Shown here one piece after another: positions 27,584 to 35,286 of a stretch of 64,000 nt of DNA. A program made the position numbers and the translations under genes. Positions within the stretch are counted from its first letter, which is position 1. The number at the start of each line of letters is the position of its first letter. The notes beneath the pieces are model-generated. The model saw nothing but the letters and a program-made list of their open reading frames with translations. It was not told the origin of the DNA and ran no database searches. The stretch comes from an uncultured Candidatus Saccharibacteria bacterium (GTDB lineage Bacteria; Patescibacteriota; Minisyncoccia; UBA6257; 2-01-FULL-56-20). The stretch spans positions 74,819 to 138,818 of the forward strand of contig CAYLWL010000001.1 of assembly GCA_964387675.1 (NCBI GenBank), written 5' to 3'.

Positions 27584-27613
27584 CTAAAAGCTAAAAGCTA
27601 AAACCTAAAAGCT
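27584..27613. repeat. AGCTTTTAG iteron-like repeat R3 (inverted)
   Basis: Reverse complement is 'AGCTTTTAGGTTTTAGCTTTTAGCTTTTAG'. A partial direct copy lies at 27548-27573. Confidence 0.7.
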
Positions 27614-27614
27614 T

Positions 27615-28109
27615 TTATCGGTAGTCCACTCTCCGAGCCGCCTGCCGCTCCCCCGTCATTTTTTGGAATATCTGAAATCGCTGCCGTTGGGGTTTTTCTA
27701 TAAACTGCTCGCCGGATATCTTTGTTCCGGTTTGGAGTTTGGCCCACGCGTTGCGAAGCGCAAGTCCGGAGACCACGGATTCGAGAGACACCCCGCCGTT
27801 TTTCGCCTCTTCCGGTTTTTGCGCAGGCGCCGTTTCGGGCCGCCACACGTACGTCTGCGGTTGCCAATAGAACCTGATTGCCGAGAGGGCGGCGTGGCTC
27901 AGCGGCCTTCCTCCCACCTTCACGAGCGCGAGGGCGACCGCCGCGCCAAGAATAAAAACGGAGAGTAGCGCCCAGAGCCAGGGTTGAACCGTAAAATACA
28001 AAAGAAAACTGAACGCGCCGCCCGTTGCGACGTAAATAAACTGACGCATCGTGAACGGCCCGACGATTTTGTCTTCGGCCTCGATAAATTGTGGAACTTG
28101 GAATTGCAT
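27615..28109 (-). CDS. PrgI/VirB3-like small membrane protein
   Basis: 'MQFQVPQFIEAEDKIVGPFTMRQFIYV' then two TM helices, matching PrgI-family N-terminus. Sits upstream of VirB4 as in Gram-positive-type T4SS. The overlapping ORF 27598..28140 is rejected. Confidence 0.5.
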   Translation of the reverse strand: MQFQVPQFIEAEDKIVGPFTMRQFIYVATGGAFSFLLYFTVQPWLWALLSVFILGAAVALALVKVGGRPLSHAALSAIRFYWQPQTYVWRPETAPAQKPEEAKNGGVSLESVVSGLALRNAWAKLQTGTKISGEQFIEKPQRQRFQIFQKMTGERQAARRVDYR

Positions 28110-28164
28110 TTATGAGATACCAATATACGAATGCATACAAGTGATACTAATAATACTAATCGTA

Positions 28165-28563
28165 TTAATGCCCTTTTCCGACTCTTTTTACCGAGTGGAG
28201 GCGAAACCAAGCAGATATTGATTCTAGATCAAGTTTTTTGTGCACCACTTCAAGCGCGAAACTTTCTACTTTTCCCTCCTCCGCCTCAAACGTGTAACCA
28301 TTGTCATCAAGAAACACTATTGCCGCTGTTATGCCAGTCCTTTTATTTCCGTCAAAAAATGGATGACCCAGAATGATATTGCGCGCATAAACAGCCGCTT
28401 TTTCGAAAATAGTAGGGTATAATTCCGTGCCAAATGCTTTCTGCCCGGGAAGAAACTCCAGACTTAGAATTGTGTTTGTATCTCGTACGCCGTGCAGGCC
28501 GCCGGTTTCGTCAAGAACAAGTGAGTGAATCTGAAGAATATCTTTCGCAGATAAATATTCCAC
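28165..28563 (-). CDS. doc: Doc (death-on-curing) Fic-family toxin
   Basis: Fic motif 'HPFFDGNKRTG'. Confidence 0.8.
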   Translation of the reverse strand: MEYLSAKDILQIHSLVLDETGGLHGVRDTNTILSLEFLPGQKAFGTELYPTIFEKAAVYARNIILGHPFFDGNKRTGITAAIVFLDDNGYTFEAEEGKVESFALEVVHKKLDLESISAWFRLHSVKRVGKGH

Positions 28564-28565
28564 GG

Positions 28566-28805
28566 CTATTTTTTCGCGAGCGCTTGGAGATCTTTCCGAT
28601 ATCGATCAACGAAATTGAGCGTGAGGTATGCAATCCTTTCCTGGCGTTCTGCTATTTTATTGGATGGTCGAACGGAAAAAACACGCCGTTTTCGGTTAAC
28701 TTCTACTATTACCGAATCTCCGATATTAAGGCCGAGTTCTGCCAATGACTTTTTCGAGATGGTGACCGCGGCGGAAGAGCCGACCTTGAGGACTTTTTGA
28801 GTCAT
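28566..28805 (-). CDS. AbrB/MazE-fold antitoxin (Phd-like partner of Doc)
   Basis: 'LKVGSSAAVTISKKSLAELGLNIGDSV' SpoVT/AbrB swapped-hairpin motif. Ends 3 nt upstream of doc. Confidence 0.7.
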   Translation of the reverse strand: MTQKVLKVGSSAAVTISKKSLAELGLNIGDSVIVEVNRKRRVFSVRPSNKIAERQERIAYLTLNFVDRYRKDLQALAKK

Positions 28806-28853
28806 ATTCTTGATTATAATACTATTATAATACGTGGCCGTGTGTCAACCTCA

Positions 28854-30035
28854 TCAAGGTTGTACTGGCGGCGTTGGCGGTTTCGGGGGAAGTGGCGGTT
28901 TTGGTAGTATAGGTGGTTTAATCTCGCTGATTATCGGCGAGAGTGTTTTATGCTCATCAAGACCTCGAATGGCAGGTGCCGCTGGTGGTTTCGGGATGGT
29001 CGGAGACGTAAGCGGTTTCGGAACCGGAGGCAGAGAGGATGGCGTTTTGACTTCGCTTGTTGGGAGCTTGTCTTGGGCGGTTTCGAGGGGCTTGTTCGCC
29101 TGGGGTGTGGCTGGTCTGATTGCGGCGAGCTGTTTGAGAATATCGGATCCGCCAAGGGACGGCTTCGACGACTCAATAGCCGTGATTTCTTTTATTTCGC
29201 GCCCTGGCTTGCCCTCTGTAGCCTTAGCGAAGGAGGGGGCCGCGCCGGAAGGTTTATCCTGAGCCGCGCCGAAGGGCGTTTTGGACTCCGTGTAGTGCAC
29301 CACCCGCACCTGCTCCTTGTTACTTGTCACTTGTTGCCTGTTACTCGTCGAGGGTCCGAATTCAAGCACGGCCGGTTTCGTTGCTTCGGTTTTAAGTTTT
29401 ATTTCCGACAGTTTCGGCTGTGGCATTTCCAGTCGGAATTCTTTTTTGAGAGGAGCGGAAACCGGTTCTTCGTGAAGAATCATCGGCGGCGGTGTGCCGG
29501 GGCTTGGGACCGCCGGTTTGCCGGGCGGTACCGGAGAAATTGACGGAGTTAGTGGAGCGGGGGGCTTCTCGGCGCGGTTTATCACAGGCGGCATCGAAGG
29601 GCTTGGCGCAAACGGTTCGGCGGTTTTCGCCGCCGGAAGAAGCGGCGGTTTTATTTCCGTGACTGGTTTTAGCGGTTCGGTTTTACTTATCATAACGGGA
29701 GCGAAGGCGGACGGCGGCTCGTATATTTTTTCCAAGTCAGCCAAGAGCGGCTTAAAAACTCTTTCGTTTACGGCGTTGGCGATGGATGTCGCGATTTGAA
29801 TGTCCAAGCCGAGCGCGTCTTTTAATTCTTGCGCGAAGTCTCCCGCGTGGATAAAGCCCAAGAGCACATAGCCGGCAATTGCCGCGACGCGATAAATCTT
29901 TTCTTTTGGTACGTGCTCCGCTTCGCAGGTTCGCCAGAGGAAATCAGAATGTACGTCGGAATAGAGAGCCTCCTTTAATTTACTTGGTAGCGTGTCCCAC
30001 CGCGCCAACGCTTGATCTGGAGAAATCGTTATCAT
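28854..30035 (-). CDS. Pro-rich hypothetical protein (structured N-terminal domain plus long P/S/T/K-rich disordered region)
   Basis: 393 aa. Contains an in-frame GTGACA-family repeat coding 'QVTSNKEQ'. Confidence 0.4.
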   Translation of the reverse strand: MITISPDQALARWDTLPSKLKEALYSDVHSDFLWRTCEAEHVPKEKIYRVAAIAGYVLLGFIHAGDFAQELKDALGLDIQIATSIANAVNERVFKPLLADLEKIYEPPSAFAPVMISKTEPLKPVTEIKPPLLPAAKTAEPFAPSPSMPPVINRAEKPPAPLTPSISPVPPGKPAVPSPGTPPPMILHEEPVSAPLKKEFRLEMPQPKLSEIKLKTEATKPAVLEFGPSTSNRQQVTSNKEQVRVVHYTESKTPFGAAQDKPSGAAPSFAKATEGKPGREIKEITAIESSKPSLGGSDILKQLAAIRPATPQANKPLETAQDKLPTSEVKTPSSLPPVPKPLTSPTIPKPPAAPAIRGLDEHKTLSPIISEIKPPILPKPPLPPKPPTPPVQP

Positions 30036-32269
30036 GGATTTGTGGTATTGGCTGGACCTGTAGCGCTCGGGGTTGTCGCGCCTCCTCCCGTAGATGAAAA
30101 TCCGAAAGCATTATTGGCGAAAGCTCTGTCGAAAGCGTCGGCGGCAAAGGCCATCCGATTAAGCCGTTCTTGTTGCTCCGTCGATCCCGGGGCGGTTGTG
30201 TTTTCTATATTGTCTAGTTCCTTGTCGATCTCTGCTTTATAAACTACGTTGAAATTTTTCAGTGTGGGCGATTTCATTTTATTGAGCATGTTCGGCACGA
30301 GCTGCTGGGCATACACCGCAAGTTGTTTTGCGAGAACTTGCGCCATTCTTTGTGAGGCGGTCGGAGAAAAGACCTCATTCATATTCATTTTAGCGACGTC
30401 ACTCTTGTTCAGTTTTTCTACGAATTCTTTTGTGGCTTTGTTGAGGGCGTCGAACGCTCTCACGGTTGCTCCGGTCGCGTCCCTTATTTCTGCGGTCATC
30501 GGATTTCTTCCCTCCCTCTCCGCTTTCGCCATCGCTCTTTCGGAGTCCCTCATCGTTTTATCGCCTCCAAACGCTTTGTTTATATCAGAAGATAGTTTTC
30601 CTTGCCCGTATGCGGTGAAATCTCGTTGGTGAGAATCTATCCAATCCTTAGCGGTTTGATTTCCGATCGTGTCGGTTTCTTTAAGTTCTTCGTCGCGAAC
30701 CTGCGCGGCAAGGTTGGCGAATATTGCTTCTTTTTTCATCGAACCGCGAAGGTTCTTTCTCCGTTCCTCCGGATTGTCGGGCACATTCTTCGCCGCTTGC
30801 CTGACATACTCTTCGTTGGTGCCAATTCCGGCAAGCATTCTGCCCGTAGCGGCCAAGGGACGCAATCTGCTCTCTCGCAAGCGATCAATAATACCTCTCT
30901 GCCCCTCGCCAAATTTTCTTTCCCCCGCAGCCCTTAGCGCCGCTCTTCCGCCAATCTTTCCCTGTTTGAACGCAAATCCTTGTATCGCTCCGCCGGCGGA
31001 TTTTGCGAGTCCCATCGTCACGCCCGCGCCAGCGACGGAAAGGGCATTGGCCGCGACTAATCCGCCCAAAGAAAGGCCGGTGAGCAGAATTATGTCACCT
31101 AATGACTGAATAAAGCCAAGATCTTGTCCAGACTGTTGCGCGAGAGAAATAGCTGGAGCGTTAACAGCTTCTTTCACGTGAGCCGCTACGTTTCCCGAGC
31201 GGCTCTGGGATACGGCGATGGCGAGGTATAGGAAAAATACGACGGTCGGCGCGAAGAATGTCCATCGTATGAAATTACTCCACCACTTGTCCCAATGAGA
31301 TTTAAACTTCGGAAAAATCCAAAGAAGCCAAACAAGGGGCATGATGATCAAAAGTATTCCGAGATAGATGTAGCGTATAAAGAGCATAACCGCAAGCGCC
31401 ATGAACGTAAGGGCAATAATTGCGTTGAATACGATTACAAATACTAATCCTAAGAGATTTTGAAAAAACTTATCTCCTTGATTTTTATCTACATTCGTAA
31501 AGTAATTCACAAGGGCAGTAGAGGCGGCTCCAATTGCGGCTGTGCCCGCGCAAACCCCCGCTACTCCAACCGGCCCCGCCGCGAGCCCCAACCACCATGT
31601 AGCCGCACATGTTCCTACGACGCTGGCGGTTGTGAGTTTGGACCCTATGGAGCTGGCGAGCGATGAGGGGGTGGTACTGCTTGATCTGGAAAGCAGTACT
31701 TGAGGCTTAAATCCTATGACTAACTGATTCACGAACGCTCCGTTCGCATCAGAACCCGAACCGGGGAATGGTTTCATAAAGAAAGTGGTTAGGCTGTCGG
31801 AGAATCCAACTATTGAGCCAGCAATGACCAGGCTGAAGTTTACGAAAATAGCGGCCACCACTAGTTTCCAGAGAATTTGTTTTACTCCATAGGTTTGGCT
31901 TCGGAGAATTGTTGCGATGGCTATTATAATAATCGCAAGGACAAAGCCAAGGTTAGCTAAGGCGAGCGTTACGCCGAAACCGGTCGTTACCGCCGTCGAG
32001 TTAATTAGACCAGGGGTAAGAGAAAGTGCGAATTGTGTCAGCCACGCTCCGAGCGATACAAACCAACTCGTAATAGTACCAGCCGCATAAGTTACGAAAT
32101 ACAAAGCGCAATAAACCAGAGAATTGCTACCGAAAACACAGCTTAAAAGAGAACCGCCGCTGTTATTTGAATTAGTTTGAGCTTGAGTGGGTGACGGCAT
32201 CGCGGCCGAAAGAAACAGAATCACGAGAATTCCCGACACCATTAACTTTTTTGTTTTCCAGTTGGTCAT
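30032..32269 (-). CDS. VirB6/TrbL-like polytopic membrane protein
   Basis: Signal/TM then at least 6 TM helices and a long charged C-terminal region. Start chosen at 'MTNWKTKKLMVSGILVILF' (28 nt after the upstream stop); the track ORF extends to 32413. Confidence 0.4.
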   Translation of the reverse strand: MTNWKTKKLMVSGILVILFLSAAMPSPTQAQTNSNNSGGSLLSCVFGSNSLVYCALYFVTYAAGTITSWFVSLGAWLTQFALSLTPGLINSTAVTTGFGVTLALANLGFVLAIIIIAIATILRSQTYGVKQILWKLVVAAIFVNFSLVIAGSIVGFSDSLTTFFMKPFPGSGSDANGAFVNQLVIGFKPQVLLSRSSSTTPSSLASSIGSKLTTASVVGTCAATWWLGLAAGPVGVAGVCAGTAAIGAASTALVNYFTNVDKNQGDKFFQNLLGLVFVIVFNAIIALTFMALAVMLFIRYIYLGILLIIMPLVWLLWIFPKFKSHWDKWWSNFIRWTFFAPTVVFFLYLAIAVSQSRSGNVAAHVKEAVNAPAISLAQQSGQDLGFIQSLGDIILLTGLSLGGLVAANALSVAGAGVTMGLAKSAGGAIQGFAFKQGKIGGRAALRAAGERKFGEGQRGIIDRLRESRLRPLAATGRMLAGIGTNEEYVRQAAKNVPDNPEERRKNLRGSMKKEAIFANLAAQVRDEELKETDTIGNQTAKDWIDSHQRDFTAYGQGKLSSDINKAFGGDKTMRDSERAMAKAEREGRNPMTAEIRDATGATVRAFDALNKATKEFVEKLNKSDVAKMNMNEVFSPTASQRMAQVLAKQLAVYAQQLVPNMLNKMKSPTLKNFNVVYKAEIDKELDNIENTTAPGSTEQQERLNRMAFAADAFDRAFANNAFGFSSTGGGATTPSATGPANTTNP

Positions 32270-32297
32270 TTGTATTATTGTTGCGACTGCGATTCTC

Positions 32298-34259
32298 TTA
32301 AGGGTTATTAATATTGTCCCTCGACCCCCCTGGATAATCGCCGCTGAAATCACCCGGAACTTCATCGAGTAAGTCCCCGGCGCCGGGGCCGCTCTCGCCC
32401 GGTGGCACTTCACTCGGATTCTGCGGGGTTACCTCTCCCGGCGGAGGCGGCTCATTGCCGCTCACTCTGTCCCTTGTATTGAGTTCGGCAAGTCCGCGCA
32501 CTCCCGCGAGGACCAGCCGGTTGAGGGTAGAGTTCACAAACGCGGAAACGAGTCCCACGACATCTTGAGCGTTTACGATGTTGTGGAGCGGGGCGCCGAT
32601 GGCGCCCGCAACGGCATCGCCGGCCACTTGTCCCGGCGTCGTGTCCTTATCTTCTTCACACGACGGCCTGTCGGACAAGCTGATACATCGGCTGAAGTCG
32701 TAGTTTGGCGATTCTCCTGTTTCCCTGGCGACAAGATCTGCGTTTTCCGTTACGGAATCGACACAGGACTGCCGCGGGCTCGGTCCGAATTTTACGCACA
32801 CCTTAGTCGCGAGGAACCCGCCGCTTGATTCGGCGCTACTTTTTGCGGCTTCTTTCTTCGCTAACCGCTCCGCTTCAATTTGTTGTGTTGTTTCGAACAA
32901 GCTTCCGAAATAGTTTCCGCTCGGGAGTATGAGAGCCCCATATCCCACCCAGCCGCCCTGGTTGAAGTCGTTGTAGAAGTTTTTCACGTTTTGCACCACC
33001 TGTTCGAGCATACATGTTTGAAGAGGATTGGATAAGTAGACGTTGCTTAGTTGAAGCTTGATGAGGGGTCCGAGCGACTGGCAAAGACCGGGAATTTTTG
33101 CCTGGATAGCGTTCGACACGGCGTCTTTTTCCGTTTGGCGGAGAAATCCCCGCCAGTTCGTGATAAACTGGGGCTTGCCTCCGCCCTGAATCCAATTGAC
33201 TGTCTGCTGCATGATCCGGTTGACGAGCTGATTTTTAAGGGTTTGGAGAATCACGCTCTCGATATGCTTCCTCACCCACTCCCACACCATACGCGCGACG
33301 GTTATGGCCGCATCGACGCCGAAAAAGGCATGGGCGGATTTTATTTCAAAGAGACCCGCGAGCGCGAGCAACGCGTTTTCGCTCGATGAAGAGTTTCCGC
33401 TGATTGACGCGGCCTTCTTCGCCTCGTTTTCAAGATTTCTGAAAATCGACGAAATGTTCTGCTCCGCATTTTGCAGGGCGAGCATCTGCGAAAGGGGGTC
33501 GTCCGAGTTTACGGCGCCGACGGCCTGTTTTTCATACGCCACGAGCATGAGAAAGTTTTTGTGGAAATTCACGAGCGGCGCGGGAACCGGCAGTTTTTTG
33601 AGAGCGATGTCCGCTTCGTCAAAAGTGACCGAGAGCGCGTTGATCGTCCCCGGAGAGGCATCCCCCCTTTGGAGAGTGTTCTGAACTTCCGAGCTGCCGA
33701 TTCCGCCGCTCACGATTTTGCCGAATGAATCCAAGTAATTTTGAATATCGTTCGAAGAATAATTGTTTATGATTTTTATATCGGCGTCGGCAACGTGAAC
33801 ATTCCAGCCGGTCGGCGCCGCGCCGGTTCCTTTGCCCGCAATGGCTTCTGCGATCGTCGCGTCAAGATCGGGCGAAGCGACCGACAGTTGCCCCGCCTCG
33901 TTTTGCGATGGCCCCCCGGGGTTTTGTTTTACGACGCTCCGCACAATGGTCGCCGCGAGACGGTCGGTGAGGTTTGCCGATGCGGAGATGGGCGGCAGAC
34001 CGTCATCTTGCGAGTTGGCAATATTCGCGTCGCCGATCGGATTGCCTCTCGGAATCGGCTCCACAAAGACGTTGTCGGGAACTTTGACCTTGCTATGAAC
34101 GGAGTCGAGGAGCACGGCATTTTTACCTTGTTGCCGATCTCCGGCAACCCTCGTATTGCCATTACTCAAAAATCCCGAGAACAAAAACACCGAAGAGCTT
34201 GTGATGGCGGAAAAAACGAGAAATCCCGTAATAAGTTTTTTTATGGTTATCTCGGACAT
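32298..34259 (-). CDS. large membrane-anchored secreted hypothetical protein (T4SS-like locus)
   Basis: Start at 'MSEITIKKLITGFLVFSAI' (TM). 650+ aa with a Gly/Pro-rich C-terminus and no known domain. Confidence 0.4.
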   Translation of the reverse strand: MSEITIKKLITGFLVFSAITSSSVFLFSGFLSNGNTRVAGDRQQGKNAVLLDSVHSKVKVPDNVFVEPIPRGNPIGDANIANSQDDGLPPISASANLTDRLAATIVRSVVKQNPGGPSQNEAGQLSVASPDLDATIAEAIAGKGTGAAPTGWNVHVADADIKIINNYSSNDIQNYLDSFGKIVSGGIGSSEVQNTLQRGDASPGTINALSVTFDEADIALKKLPVPAPLVNFHKNFLMLVAYEKQAVGAVNSDDPLSQMLALQNAEQNISSIFRNLENEAKKAASISGNSSSSENALLALAGLFEIKSAHAFFGVDAAITVARMVWEWVRKHIESVILQTLKNQLVNRIMQQTVNWIQGGGKPQFITNWRGFLRQTEKDAVSNAIQAKIPGLCQSLGPLIKLQLSNVYLSNPLQTCMLEQVVQNVKNFYNDFNQGGWVGYGALILPSGNYFGSLFETTQQIEAERLAKKEAAKSSAESSGGFLATKVCVKFGPSPRQSCVDSVTENADLVARETGESPNYDFSRCISLSDRPSCEEDKDTTPGQVAGDAVAGAIGAPLHNIVNAQDVVGLVSAFVNSTLNRLVLAGVRGLAELNTRDRVSGNEPPPPGEVTPQNPSEVPPGESGPGAGDLLDEVPGDFSGDYPGGSRDNINNP

Positions 34260-34344
34260 CGGTTGACAGAAATCCCCTATTCTTATCATTATAGCTCATA
34301 TAAATTAAAGATATTGCGAGTTATCCCCAGGTTACTCACGGCCA

Positions 34345-35196
34345 TCATGAGGCCATGGCGCGGGCTATCCGAACTATATCTTCTACGCTCAAGTTCTGTG
34401 GTCTGCTTTTGGGGTCTACGCCCATTTTTATTAGGGTTTCGGCGATGCTTTCTTTGCTTTCTGGCTTACCGGTGGTTTTGCGGCTTCGGTCTTGACACCT
34501 GATACTTGACACCTGACACATATTATTGAGAATCGTTTTCCTCGGCTGGGCAAAAAGAATTTTCACGGTTTTATAGTAAAGTTGCTCCCTGACGCCTGAC
34601 ACATGACACTTGACGCTTAGTTTGACGATCGCCGAATCGACTTCCGGCTGTGGGTCGAAATCTTTTCTTGGGATGAGGCCGATCAATTGCGGGTCTGCCC
34701 AAAATTGGACGATCGCGGCCAAACGATTCATTCGCGGGGGCGCGGCGCAAATTCTTTCCGCGACTTCTTTCTGGATAGTGAAGACGCACAACTCTGGCTT
34801 CGTTGACAATTCGCTCAATATTCTCAAAAGTTTTCCGGTAATGTAGTAGGGAATATTGCCGACAATCTTATATTCAGATTTAAGATTTATGAATTTTGAT
34901 TTAAGAATGCTTAAGGCGTCACCGTTTAGAATTTCTATATCTTTAATTCCTAAATCATAAATCCTACTTCTTAAATCATTCGCAAGCTTTGGATCTTTTT
35001 CAATCGCAATAACTTTTATCGGCGGCGAGCCGTTTTTTTCTAAAAGCTCACAGCTAAAACCTAAAAGCTCTTCAGTCAGCTCTCCGTGCCCCGGGCCGAT
35101 CTCGACGATGGTGTCGCCGGGTTTCAATTCCACGGCACCGACGATTTTTCGAATCGCCGATCTATTTTGCAAGAAATGTTGGCCCAGCCGCTTCAT
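34345..35196 (-). CDS. rsmA: 16S rRNA (adenine1518/1519-N6)-dimethyltransferase RsmA/KsgA
   Basis: 'LGQHFLQNRSAIRKIV...IVEIGPGHGELT'. The C-terminal region carries two in-frame TGACAC-repeat insertions coding Cys/Gln/Val/Ser-rich peptides. Confidence 0.8.
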   Translation of the reverse strand: MKRLGQHFLQNRSAIRKIVGAVELKPGDTIVEIGPGHGELTEELLGFSCELLEKNGSPPIKVIAIEKDPKLANDLRSRIYDLGIKDIEILNGDALSILKSKFINLKSEYKIVGNIPYYITGKLLRILSELSTKPELCVFTIQKEVAERICAAPPRMNRLAAIVQFWADPQLIGLIPRKDFDPQPEVDSAIVKLSVKCHVSGVREQLYYKTVKILFAQPRKTILNNMCQVSSIRCQDRSRKTTGKPESKESIAETLIKMGVDPKSRPQNLSVEDIVRIARAMAS

Positions 35197-35235
35197 ATAG
35201 GAATTAAAAACTACGAGTAAACAATTATCAATTAT

Positions 35236-35279
35236 GTTGTTTGCTTGGCACTATGCTATAGCATAGTGCCAAGCAAACA
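35236..35279. terminator. perfect 20-bp palindromic hairpin (bidirectional terminator candidate)
   Basis: 'TTGTTTGCTTGGCACTATGC tata GCATAGTGCCAAGCAAACAA' between the helicase stop and the rsmA start. Confidence 0.55.
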
Positions 35280-35286
35280 AGCCTAG

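Noticed and set aside
27598-28140. 180-aa Arg-rich ORF overlapping the PrgI/VirB3-like gene in another frame
   Set aside because: Low-complexity Arg/Gly-rich translation. The alternative frame gives a membrane protein with a conserved PrgI-like N-terminus.
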